The notes: generated from the letters alone by a model not told the origin. A stretch of DNA of 64,000 nt from Patescibacteria group bacterium (GCA_038065035.1 JBBTRV010000007.1:2382-66381); one strand, 5' to 3'; numbered from the stretch's first letter, positions 9,432-18,346 are shown. Program-made: numbers and translations.

Positions 9432-9628
9432 GTAAATTTGAATTGACTTGGAAAAATTTCCAAAAGGAAGAGAACGAAAAAGAAATAATTGCGGAAGGTT
9501 TAGTAGTTATATTCTTTTTTTATTTTTTTCTTTCATTTGTTTCGTTTTGGCAGTTTCTAGAAGGCGATGTGCCATATTCTTCGTTTTGGCACGCCCCTTG
9601 GAAATGGATTTTAAATGCTATTCTTTAA
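9428..9628 (+). CDS. small membrane protein (66 aa)
   Basis: GAAAGGAGGGTGAGGA SD; one central TM segment; translationally coupled to the upstream peptide. Confidence 0.45.
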   Translation: MSKFELTWKNFQKEENEKEIIAEGLVVIFFFYFFLSFVSFWQFLEGDVPYSSFWHAPWKWILNAIL

Positions 9629-9642
9629 AGGGGGTGATAGAC

Positions 9643-9870
9643 GTGAGGGTATTGGTTGAAAAAGTTGCAAGAAGCGGGAAAACAGCCGAAATAGTTGAGA
9701 TAGAAGTCGGAAATGTTTTATTCCGTTTCTTCCGTTCTAAAAATGGCCGGATAGCTTTTTCAAAAAGTAAGCCCGGCGTTCAAGTTTATGATCCGGCTCA
9801 GTTGTGGGTGCCGGAGAATCTTTTTAAAAAAGCGTATCGCCAGGCGATCGCCATTCTTTCTCGTCAATAG
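9643..9870 (+). CDS. small soluble protein (~75 aa), GTG start
   Basis: AAAGGGGGTGAT SD 5 nt before GTG; third gene in a row with this iterated SD context. Confidence 0.4.
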   Translation: MRVLVEKVARSGKTAEIVEIEVGNVLFRFFRSKNGRIAFSKSKPGVQVYDPAQLWVPENLFKKAYRQAIAILSRQ

Positions 9871-9873
9871 ATT

Positions 9874-9913
9874 AAAAGGCTCGTTGGAGATTTTTTCCAG
9901 CGGGCCTTTTTTT
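9874..9913. terminator. bidirectional terminator hairpin (AAAAGGCTCG ... CGGGCCTTTTTTT)
   Basis: stem with one mismatch, T-run on + strand and short T-run on - strand; lies between convergent genes. Confidence 0.55.
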
Positions 9914-9915
9914 AT

Positions 9916-11352
9916 TTATTCTCCCTTGATAACTGCTAATGGCGTTAGGCGAGCAACCTTTTTTGATAAACCGGCTTGAGAGACGATTTCCACCACTTCA
10001 TCAACATTTTTGTAAGCCTGCGGCGCTTCTTCGGCAATGCCGCGCATTGAATAGCATTTTACCACAATGCCTTTTGATTCCAAATTTTTTATAATTTCTT
10101 TTCCGGATAAAGTTTTAATTGCTTGGTGGCGAGACATTGTTCTGCCGGCGCCATGGCAAGATGAATAAAAACTCTCTTTTCCTTCTTCGGTGCCGCGCAA
10201 AACATAAGAAGCTGTGCCCATTGAGCCGGGAATAATTACCGGTTGGCCGACAGAGCGGTATTTTTCTGGAATTTCCTGGTGATTTGGAGGGAAAGCGCGT
10301 GTGGCGCCTTTGCGGTGGACAAGTAATTCATCCTCTAATTTAGCAATGTTGTGCGCCACGTCATACAATACAGTTAACATTTGACCATTGACATTTGACA
10401 TTTGACCGTTAAAAACTTTTTTCCAAGATTGCCTTATATAATGTGTAATCATTTGTCTATTTGCCCAGGCGAAATTCGCTCCGCAAGCCATAGCTTTAAA
10501 AAATCTTTGGCCTTCAGGAGAATTAAACGGAGCGCAAGCGAGTTCTCTGTCCGGCAAATGAATATTGTATTTTGGCATTACCTGAAGCATCAAGCGGATA
10601 TAGTCAGTGGCGATTTGGTGTCCCAATCCGCGGGATCCGGTATGAATCATTATAACAACTTGATTTTTAAACAACCCGAAAATTTCAGCCGAGTTTTCAT
10701 CAAAAATTTCTTCCACTTTCTGAATTTCTAAAAAATGATTGCCGCTTCCGAGCGTGCCGACTTGGTCGCGGCCGCGGTTTTTGGCGGTTTGAGAAACTTC
10801 AGAAGCATCAGCCAATTCTAATTTTCCTTTTGATTCGCAATTTTCAGAGTCTTCTTTTTCGCCGTATCCTTGTTTTATTATTTCCTGCGCTCCGTTTTCC
10901 AAAATTTTATCCAGTTCCAGAATATTCAGTTTTTCTAAATGGCCTTTGCCTAAGCCGGACGGCACGGTTTTTTGGATTTCAGTCGCTAACTCATCAAGTT
11001 TATTTTTGATTTTATCAACAGAAATATCGGATTTTAACAATCTAACGCCGCAATTTTCGTCGTAGCCCACGGCGCCGGGCGAAATAATGCCGTCAGAAGC
11101 GTGGGTGGCAAAAACGCCGCCAATAGGCGAGCCGTAGCCTTCGTGGACATCGGGCATTACAAGGGCGTGTTTTTCAATTCCTTTAAGAGTGGTTAAATTG
11201 ACTAATTGCTCCAAGCTTTTGTCCTTGAAAACACTTTCCAGCATTTTTTCGCTGGCGTAAATCCGCGCCGGCACAGCCATATCACTTCGGAAAGATTTTG
11301 GTATTTCCCAGAGATAATTGTTAATTTTTATCAAATCTTTTTTAATAATCAT
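9916..11352 (-). CDS. rtcB: RNA-splicing ligase RtcB
   Basis: RtcB motifs MPDVHEGYGSPIGGV, HTGSRGLGHQ and SSCHGAGR; true start taken as MIIKKDL (11352), because the ORF-track extension to 11424 runs through a terminator. Confidence 0.9.
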   Translation of the reverse strand: MIIKKDLIKINNYLWEIPKSFRSDMAVPARIYASEKMLESVFKDKSLEQLVNLTTLKGIEKHALVMPDVHEGYGSPIGGVFATHASDGIISPGAVGYDENCGVRLLKSDISVDKIKNKLDELATEIQKTVPSGLGKGHLEKLNILELDKILENGAQEIIKQGYGEKEDSENCESKGKLELADASEVSQTAKNRGRDQVGTLGSGNHFLEIQKVEEIFDENSAEIFGLFKNQVVIMIHTGSRGLGHQIATDYIRLMLQVMPKYNIHLPDRELACAPFNSPEGQRFFKAMACGANFAWANRQMITHYIRQSWKKVFNGQMSNVNGQMLTVLYDVAHNIAKLEDELLVHRKGATRAFPPNHQEIPEKYRSVGQPVIIPGSMGTASYVLRGTEEGKESFYSSCHGAGRTMSRHQAIKTLSGKEIIKNLESKGIVVKCYSMRGIAEEAPQAYKNVDEVVEIVSQAGLSKKVARLTPLAVIKGE

Positions 11353-11400
11353 TTTTAAAAGTTTAAATCTTTGAAGTTTTAAAAACAAGGTAAAATAAAT

Positions 11401-11428
11401 AAAAAAATGGCGATGCCGAGGCATCGCC
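11401..11428 (-). terminator. rho-independent terminator on the minus strand (GGCGATGCC/GGCATCGCC stem plus T7)
   Basis: seen in sequence: A7 on + strand directly 5' of the palindrome, i.e. a T-run after the hairpin on the - strand. Confidence 0.65.
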
Positions 11429-11451
11429 GAATAGATAAAAAGAGGTTTTTA

Positions 11452-11628
11452 TTTCTTATTTCCCCAAAACAACAGGGATAAGAACTTATTTTCCCTTTCT
11501 GTTTTAACTGCTTTAAATGCAATATCTCTATTAATGGAATTGCATTTAAAGCAATCGTTTTCTGCCGCATCGCAAAGGCCAGCCGGGCCTTCGCAATACT
11601 TCGTGAGAATAGCTTCTTCTAGCGGCAT
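11452..11628 (-). CDS. putative small Cys-rich protein (58 aa, C-x7-C-x6-C-x2-C)
   Basis: ATG at 11628 preceded by GGAGGTGATAT SD; contains a perfect 14-bp inverted repeat (11510..11523 / 11539..11552), so it may be non-coding. Confidence 0.3.
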
Positions 11629-11644
11629 TTTTTATATCACCTCC

Positions 11645-11875
11645 TTATTTGGAAATCTTCCTATACTGATTATGGATTAAGAAAAACGGCCAAAAGAAAA
11701 AGATTAATAACCCCATTAGAAGAATAATATTTTTTTCTTTTGGCGACATAAAAAATCTAACATTTCGAGTTGTAGTGAAAAAAAGTTTTCTTTCTGTCTC
11801 ATATTTATATTTTCTCGAAATTAATTCTCCGAGAATTATATAACATAAGACTCCTATCCAAAACACCCATTCCAT
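11645..11875 (-). CDS. small membrane protein (76 aa, two TM helices)
   Basis: ATG for MEWVFWIG preceded by AAGGAGGTGATAAAG SD. Confidence 0.45.
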   Translation of the reverse strand: MEWVFWIGVLCYIILGELISRKYKYETERKLFFTTTRNVRFFMSPKEKNIILLMGLLIFFFWPFFLIHNQYRKISK

Positions 11876-11939
11876 CTTTATCACCTCCTTATTTATTATT
11901 GTCAATTTAAATCAGTTTATATATTTAGCATATTTTTTA

Positions 11940-12377
11940 CTAAATGTCAAATACTAAATCAGTTTGCCATATTCGCTTTTTGCCATTTGCAATTTGCCGT
12001 ATATTAACATCCTGATAAGTGACAGCTTTAATATCTTCATCAAAACGAGTAACGGGATAGCCGGCAATTTCTGCCTCTAATTTTATTTTATCTTTATCAA
12101 TTTTTAATTTTTTTACTAGATAAATTTTTTTATTTATCTGGCTTATTGCTAGAATTTCACTCAAAAAATCAACAAGAAGCGAATTTACATCTGTAGATTT
12201 TATTTCTAATTTTTTAATTTTGTCCGCCAGCTGGCGGATTGATTTTTGATTTTTGAATTTTGAATTTAAAGCATTCGTCATTGCTTCTGAGGCATTACTA
12301 AATAATTCTTCAATTGTTTTGCCGTAAATCCGCAAGCGCAATTCAGCCGGATGAGATAAGATTTTATATTTTTTCAT
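11940..12377 (-). CDS. archease (RtcB activator)
   Basis: N-terminus MKKYKILSHPAELRLRIYGKTIEELFSNASEAM matches the archease family signature (H-[TP]-A-[DE] ... YG .. EELF.NAA.AM); lies ~600 bp upstream of rtcB on the same strand. Confidence 0.75.
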   Translation of the reverse strand: MKKYKILSHPAELRLRIYGKTIEELFSNASEAMTNALNSKFKNQKSIRQLADKIKKLEIKSTDVNSLLVDFLSEILAISQINKKIYLVKKLKIDKDKIKLEAEIAGYPVTRFDEDIKAVTYQDVNIRQIANGKKRIWQTDLVFDI

Positions 12378-13693
12378 TTAGATAAGTTAGTAAGCATGGC
12401 GCGAACTTCTTCTCTGTCATCAAAGTGAATAATTTTGTCTTTGAAAATCTGATAAGTTTCATGGCCTTTGCCGGCAATTAGCACGATATCATCTTTTTTG
12501 GCTAAAGAAATAGCTTTTTTTATTGCTTGTTTTCTGTCAACGATTTCGTATAAAATCTTATTCTTAATTCTTGATTCTGAATTTTGAATTCCTGATTTTA
12601 TCTGAGATAAAATCAGGTTTTGGTCTTCACTTCGCGGATTATCCGAAGTAATAATGACCTTGTTGGCTAGTTCGCTGGCAACAGCGCCCATTTTTGGCCT
12701 TTTTGATTTATCTCTGTCGCCGCCGCAGCCAAAAACAACTATTATTTTTTTCTTAGCTAAATTTTTTAGAAACATCAGCGCGTTTTTTAAAGAATCTTCC
12801 GTATGGGCGTAATCAACGAAAACCGTAAAATTTTGGCCTTCTTCAATGTTTTCCATCCGGCCGGGAACCGGCTTAACCGATTTCAGCACTTTTTTGATTT
12901 TTTCAATCGGGATGTTTTGAGATAAGCCAACGCAGATAGCTGCCGCGGCGTTATAAATGTTAAATTCTCCGATTAAAGACATTTCAAATTTTTCTTTATT
13001 AAAAGAAAAATTTGTGCCGTCAATTGTTAATTTGACATTAGAAATAATATTTAAATTTTGAATATTAATACGCTGTTTTTTATCGGGATTTAAAGCATAA
13101 AAACAGCGATTTTTTATTTTTGGCCTTAAAAAATATTTGGTATTTTCGTCGTCTAAATTATAAACTCCCACAGAGTTTTCTTTTTGGGCGACTTTTTCAA
13201 ATAACTTTATTTTGGCGTCGCGATAATTTTCAAAGCTGCCGTGGTGTTCAATATGCTCCGGAGAGAGGTTAGTAAAAACTGCGGCACTGTAATTAATAAA
13301 ACGATGGCGGAATTGTAAAATGCCTTCAGAAGAAGTTTCTATTACCGCGTAAACGCAATTTTCTCTTGCCATTTGAGAAAGCAGTTTCTGAAGCTTAAAT
13401 CTGCCAAGCATTGTTTTGCCTTCTTTATTCAACCATTCTTCATCACCGATTTTAAAATTAACCGTGGTGGCTAAGCCGGTTTTATAACCGCTGGAATTTA
13501 AAATGTGGTGAATTAAATTAGAAGTCGTGCTTTTGCCCTTGGTGCCGGTTACGCCAATAACAAGCATTTTTTCAGAAGGAAAGCCGTAGATGAAAGCAGC
13601 TGAGGCCGCTAAAAAATAATGATATGCCGGCTGCAATTTTTTATAAATTGATTTTGGAATTATTTTTTCAAAAAAACGAAGAAGCTTTTCCAT
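12374..13693 (-). CDS. Mur-ligase-family protein (MurE-like UDP-N-acetylmuramoyl-tripeptide ligase)
   Basis: P-loop VTGTKGKST, Mur-ligase central and C-terminal domain motifs; stop overlaps the archease start (ATGA). Confidence 0.7.
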   Translation of the reverse strand: MEKLLRFFEKIIPKSIYKKLQPAYHYFLAASAAFIYGFPSEKMLVIGVTGTKGKSTTSNLIHHILNSSGYKTGLATTVNFKIGDEEWLNKEGKTMLGRFKLQKLLSQMARENCVYAVIETSSEGILQFRHRFINYSAAVFTNLSPEHIEHHGSFENYRDAKIKLFEKVAQKENSVGVYNLDDENTKYFLRPKIKNRCFYALNPDKKQRINIQNLNIISNVKLTIDGTNFSFNKEKFEMSLIGEFNIYNAAAAICVGLSQNIPIEKIKKVLKSVKPVPGRMENIEEGQNFTVFVDYAHTEDSLKNALMFLKNLAKKKIIVVFGCGGDRDKSKRPKMGAVASELANKVIITSDNPRSEDQNLILSQIKSGIQNSESRIKNKILYEIVDRKQAIKKAISLAKKDDIVLIAGKGHETYQIFKDKIIHFDDREEVRAMLTNLSK

Positions 13694-13711
13694 AAAGGTT
13701 TTAATTATTGA

Positions 13712-15055
13712 TTATATATCAAGATATTTTAACGGGTCTATGTCGCCGCCGACTGGCAAGGGTCCACAAACGCGTGAGCTTCTGGTGCCTTCATAAAAAC
13801 CTGGAGTGGCTGGTGGAATAGTATTGGTGGCGTAAACCACAAAATGAAGATGGGGCCCGGTTGAAAGGCCGGTGTTGCCGCTGTAGCCGATAATTTGCCC
13901 TTTTTCCACTTTATCGCCGACATTAACAATCCAGCGCGAAAGATGGGCATATAATGTGGTTAAATTATTTTCATGTTTTACCATTACGAATTTTCCGTAA
14001 GCGGCTTTATAACAAGTTCTTTTGCCGTTAACGCGGTAATTATCCTGATCGCCGACCGCGATAATAGTGCCGGTTTCAGCGGCTAATAAAGGCGTGCCGA
14101 TAGGCGCGCCAAAATCCAAGCCATTGTGGTATCTTTTGCCTCGATTTCTGGTAAAGCCGTGTTTCTGTTCGGAACTAAATGTTCCGCGCGCCGGCGGAAT
14201 TTGTATAGGCAATCCTAAAACTCCGGGCCGTGGAATTGGCAAAAGCGTCGGGTCAATTTTCAACCGCAGCTCTTCTTCAAAAATGTCTATTTCTTCAGCA
14301 ATTTCATCCTGCAGTTTTTTCAGTTCTGAAAGTTTTTGCTGGTAGCTTTTTTCCTGGTTTTTAGTTTGTTCCAAAAGATATTGCTTGTCCTTTTTAATGT
14401 CTTCGGAAATTGATTTTTTATTTTTCAGATTAACGGCTTCATTTTCTTTCTCGGTTTTTTTTCCGGCGAGATCGTCTTTTTTTTGTTCTAAGTCGTCTTT
14501 AAGAATTTGCATTTCTGTCACTTCTTTCGTCAATGTTAATGACAAACTATTTAAGCTTTGCGCTTCAAATATGCTTTCCGCCAAATTTTTATTTTTCAAA
14601 AAAATAGTCAAAGGCGTTTCATCTTCTTTTTTCTGGAGTTTTATTAAAGTTGAGGCAATTGCTTCTTTTTGGGAATTAATTTTATTTTCAGTATCTTCAA
14701 TATCATAAGAAACAGATTCAACTTCAAGTTTTAAGCGGTCAATCAATATTTCGCTGGCTTTGATATTAAGAGTTATTTGATTAAGGCGAGTATCAACATT
14801 AGTAATTTCTTTTTTTAGAGTTTTTCCTTCTTCTTTGGTTTCTTCAAGGTTTTTTTGAGTTTCAGAGATTTGCGCGTTGATTTTTTTCAACTCCTCGGCT
14901 TTTTCGGAAATAGATGATTTAAGTTCTTCGGGAGTAGCGCCTTTTGCTATTTGGCGAGAGAAAATCCGAAATCTGAAATCCGAAATACTAAATAAATTCA
15001 AAATTATAAACAAAAATAAAAACAGAAATATAATATTTTTTTTATTAGTAATCAT
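13712..15055 (-). CDS. M23-family peptidase with long N-terminal coiled coil (EnvC-like)
   Basis: C-terminal HNGLDFGA ... GNTGLSTGPHLHF M23 motifs; N-terminal signal anchor and heptad-rich coiled coil. Confidence 0.85.
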   Translation of the reverse strand: MITNKKNIIFLFLFLFIILNLFSISDFRFRIFSRQIAKGATPEELKSSISEKAEELKKINAQISETQKNLEETKEEGKTLKKEITNVDTRLNQITLNIKASEILIDRLKLEVESVSYDIEDTENKINSQKEAIASTLIKLQKKEDETPLTIFLKNKNLAESIFEAQSLNSLSLTLTKEVTEMQILKDDLEQKKDDLAGKKTEKENEAVNLKNKKSISEDIKKDKQYLLEQTKNQEKSYQQKLSELKKLQDEIAEEIDIFEEELRLKIDPTLLPIPRPGVLGLPIQIPPARGTFSSEQKHGFTRNRGKRYHNGLDFGAPIGTPLLAAETGTIIAVGDQDNYRVNGKRTCYKAAYGKFVMVKHENNLTTLYAHLSRWIVNVGDKVEKGQIIGYSGNTGLSTGPHLHFVVYATNTIPPATPGFYEGTRSSRVCGPLPVGGDIDPLKYLDI

Positions 15056-15064
15056 TAAGGGTGT

Positions 15065-15646
15065 TTATCTTTTTGATAATAATTTAAGCGCCACCTTGAG
15101 CCGTTCTTCTATTTTTTTTATTTTTGCGGGGATTTGCCTTATGGTGTCTTTGATTTCAACGTGTTTATAGCCGAGATTTTTAAGCACTTTCTCAATGTCT
15201 TCGTCGGTTTCCACCATGGTAAGCACTTCTTCATTTTGTTTAGCTCTTATTTTGCCGGTTAATTCCAAGATTATCCGATGGGCGGTTTTTTTGCCAAGTC
15301 CGGCGGATTTTATTAAAAGGTCGGCCCGACCTTCGTTAATAATAGACGAAAAATTTTCGGTTTTTATCGCGTTGATTACTTTTAAGGCGATTTTCGGACC
15401 AATGCCGTTAATAGTATTCAATATCTCAAAAATTTCCAAGTCATCTGTTTTTAAGAAGCCGTAAAGCTCTAGCCCTTCTTGCTGGCGGATATTGGTATAG
15501 CAAAACAGCCGGATTTTTGAGTTTATTTTCGGCAGCTGTCGGAAAGTTTTTAAGGAAATGAATATTTTAAAGCCAATACCGTTGGCTTCAATTACCGCGA
15601 ATTGCGGTTTTTTGACAACGATTTTACCGGAAACAGAATAAATCAT
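15065..15646 (-). CDS. ruvA: Holliday junction DNA helicase subunit RuvA
   Basis: MIYSVSGKIV ... GIGPKIALKVI HhH motifs typical of RuvA. Confidence 0.85.
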   Translation of the reverse strand: MIYSVSGKIVVKKPQFAVIEANGIGFKIFISLKTFRQLPKINSKIRLFCYTNIRQQEGLELYGFLKTDDLEIFEILNTINGIGPKIALKVINAIKTENFSSIINEGRADLLIKSAGLGKKTAHRIILELTGKIRAKQNEEVLTMVETDEDIEKVLKNLGYKHVEIKDTIRQIPAKIKKIEERLKVALKLLSKR

Positions 15647-15704
15647 AATAAAAGGCGCTTTTTAACGCTTATTATTATTTTAAGCCATTATTGTTGACAG
15701 AGCA

Positions 15705-15830
15705 AATAAAAAATGTAAAATGTAAATATCAAATATCAAAATGACAATTTAAAATTTAAAGTGAATAAATAATAAAATTATTTTATTTTTTGTTAATTTT
15801 TACATTTTAATATGTTATTTTGCATTTTGA
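15705..15830. promoter_or_regulatory. divergent ruvA/rpsT promoter region with tandem heptamer repeats and long-range inverted repeats
   Basis: AAAATGT x2, AAATATC x2, AATTTAA x2 tandem units; AAAATGTAAAA / TTTTACATTTT inverted copies. Confidence 0.4.
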
Positions 15831-15846
15831 TTTTTAAACTTCTATC

Positions 15847-16101
15847 ATGCCAAAAATTCAATCAGCTAAAAAAGCCCTTCGCCAGAATATTAAGCGAAGA
15901 AAAGCGAATGTTAAAAAGAAAACCGAGTTAAAATCGGCTATTAAGCAATATAGAAAATTGGCTTCTGAAAATAAGGAAGAAGCGAAAAAATACTTGCCGC
16001 AAGTTTACAAAAAACTGGATAAATCGGCAAAAGTGAATCTGATTAAAAAAAATAAAGCTTCAAGATTGAAATCGAGATTAAACAAATTGTTAAAAACATA
16101 A
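15847..16101 (+). CDS. rpsT: 30S ribosomal protein S20
   Basis: MPKIQSAKKALRQNIKRRKANVKKK S20 signature. Confidence 0.85.
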   Translation: MPKIQSAKKALRQNIKRRKANVKKKTELKSAIKQYRKLASENKEEAKKYLPQVYKKLDKSAKVNLIKKNKASRLKSRLNKLLKT

Positions 16102-16122
16102 TCAGGAATACAGGCATCATTT

Positions 16123-18309
16123 ATGAAAAAAATACTTATTGGTTTATTTATTTTATCCGTTTTAATTATTAGCCAATTGACTGTTTTTGCGCAATCTTTT
16201 GATTGTCAATCCGATAAATTGATTTATATCAAGTATGGCCAGATTGGTGAAGAGGTAAAAAATTTTCAATCTTGCCTTATTAAATTCGGTTTTAATATTC
16301 AAGCTGGCGCCACCGGTTATTACGGCAAACAAACCCTTCAGGCGGTTAGCAATTTTTATAAGGCGTGGTATGGTAAATGGCATGGCAATTGGATAGGGCC
16401 AGCAGGCATTCAAAGATTAAAAACTCTTTTGTCTTACAGGCCGGTTTCCGGACAATTAGCAATTAAACCTTTTGAATCAAAAGACGATTTTCAAAATTAT
16501 TTTATATTAGCTTCAAAGGAAGAAGGATATTTAAGCAGAGGAATTACTTTAGATGCCTCAATTCAAAATTTAAGATCGCCGGTTTTGGGATTGCCTGGCG
16601 CAACGCCAATGGCAGCGGAGTCAGTAGCAGCCGCAAGGATTTCTGAGACTACGGTTCAGGTTAAAGGAATTGATGAGCCGGACATTGTGAAAACTGATGG
16701 TAAGAATATTTATTTTTCAAGAGAATCCTGGTATGTATTGCCTTTAATGAGTCCTGGCGTTGAAGGATTAATGCCGCCAATTTCCGGGCAATCATCTCAG
16801 ACAAAAATTATTAAATCATTTCCGCCAGCTGATTTATCTTTAGTATCTGACATTGATAGGACAGGCACTCTTCTTTTGTTGAAAGATAAGAATATTTTGG
16901 TAATTTTCAGCAACAATGAAATTTTTGGTTATGATATTTCAAATGAAAAAAATCCTCAAAAAAAATGGGAGATGAAACTTCAAAATTCTTCTTTTCTTGG
17001 CGCCAGATTGTATGGGGATAAGATTTATTTAACTTCCAGAAATTGGATCAGCGTTGATATTTCTTGTCCAATCAAACCGCTGATTTTAAATAATCGGGAG
17101 ATTAGTATTGATTGCCGGGAAATTTATCATCCTACCATTGTTTTGCCGGTTGACGCCGTATATAACGTTATGGCATTAAATCCTCAAACTGGCGAAATTA
17201 TCCAAAAAACTTCTTTTGTCGGCTCTTCCAGCAATTCTGTTCTATATGTTTCGCTTAATAATCTTTATTTAACTTATTCTTACCAGGACAATCCTTCAAA
17301 ATTCATTATTAATTTCTTTATTGAAAAAACAAAAGATTTATTGCCGAGCGTCATACTGGAAAAATTGAAGAAATTAGAAACTTATGAAATAAGCGATGGC
17401 GCTCGCTTATTGGAAATGGAAATAATTCTGAAAGATTATCAACGCTCTTTGGATAGCGACGCAAGATTGAGAATAGAAAATGAGCTTGCTAATCGTTTGA
17501 AAGATTACCAGAAAGAATATAAAAGAGAGATTGAAAAAACCGGTATTGTCAGGCTTAATTTAGATAATTTTGATTTGAAAACAGTGGGTACGACCCCCGG
17601 TTATCCTTTAAATCAATTTTCACTTGATGAATATAATGACAGCTTAAGAATTGCTACGACTATCGGCGAAAGAGGCAGGGGTTTTGGCTGGGCGATTGGC
17701 CAAGAAAGCGTTAATGATGTTTATGTTTTGGATAAGGATTTGAAAATTGCTGGCTCGGTTCAAGACCTCGGCAAGGGAGAAAGAATTTATTCAGTAAGAT
17801 TTATTGAAGACAAGGGATATGTGGTGACATTTAGGCAGGTTGATCCATTTTATGTTTTAGATTTGTCTAATCCCTTGAATCCTCAGCTGAAGGGTGAGTT
17901 AAAAATTCCCGGATATTCTTCTTATCTTCATCCCATTACCAAAGATAAAATCTTAGGCATTGGCATGGAAAGCGGCAATGTGAAGGTTTCTTTATTTGAT
18001 GTCAGTTCTCCGACTAGCCCAACTGAAAAAGCCAAATATGACCTTAAAGAGGACTGGTCGGAAGTTTTGAATAATTTCCACGCGTTTTTGCTCGATGATA
18101 AGCACCAGATTTTCTTTTTGCCGGCATCAAACGGCGGCTATATTTTCTCTTACAAAGACGACAAATTATCTTTGGTGAAAGCCATCAGCGATTTTGCGGT
18201 TAAAAGAGCAATTTACCTTGATGATTATCTTTATGTAATCAGCGAAAATAAAATCGCGGTTTTTGATGAGACGAATTGGAATAAAGTAAAAGAGCTGGAA
18301 TTAAAGTAA
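16123..18309 (+). CDS. secreted protein: signal peptide, peptidoglycan-binding-like domain, beta-propeller-like C-terminal region
   Basis: signal peptide ending AQS; PG_binding_1-like segment GEEVKNFQSCLIKFGFNIQAGATGYYGKQTLQAV; repeated beta-strand blocks. Confidence 0.5.
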   Translation: MKKILIGLFILSVLIISQLTVFAQSFDCQSDKLIYIKYGQIGEEVKNFQSCLIKFGFNIQAGATGYYGKQTLQAVSNFYKAWYGKWHGNWIGPAGIQRLKTLLSYRPVSGQLAIKPFESKDDFQNYFILASKEEGYLSRGITLDASIQNLRSPVLGLPGATPMAAESVAAARISETTVQVKGIDEPDIVKTDGKNIYFSRESWYVLPLMSPGVEGLMPPISGQSSQTKIIKSFPPADLSLVSDIDRTGTLLLLKDKNILVIFSNNEIFGYDISNEKNPQKKWEMKLQNSSFLGARLYGDKIYLTSRNWISVDISCPIKPLILNNREISIDCREIYHPTIVLPVDAVYNVMALNPQTGEIIQKTSFVGSSSNSVLYVSLNNLYLTYSYQDNPSKFIINFFIEKTKDLLPSVILEKLKKLETYEISDGARLLEMEIILKDYQRSLDSDARLRIENELANRLKDYQKEYKREIEKTGIVRLNLDNFDLKTVGTTPGYPLNQFSLDEYNDSLRIATTIGERGRGFGWAIGQESVNDVYVLDKDLKIAGSVQDLGKGERIYSVRFIEDKGYVVTFRQVDPFYVLDLSNPLNPQLKGELKIPGYSSYLHPITKDKILGIGMESGNVKVSLFDVSSPTSPTEKAKYDLKEDWSEVLNNFHAFLLDDKHQIFFLPASNGGYIFSYKDDKLSLVKAISDFAVKRAIYLDDYLYVISENKIAVFDETNWNKVKELELK

Positions 18310-18346
18310 TTTTATTGTGTCTTCTCAAAAAGAGTGCGAAAAGTGA

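Noticed and set aside
14950-14985. AAATCCGAAATCTGAAATCCGAAAT direct repeat as a regulatory site
   Set aside because: It lies inside the signal-anchor coding region of the EnvC-like peptidase (encoding ISDFRFRIFS). It is better explained as one more heptamer coding array than as a binding site, and is reported under the heptamer finding.
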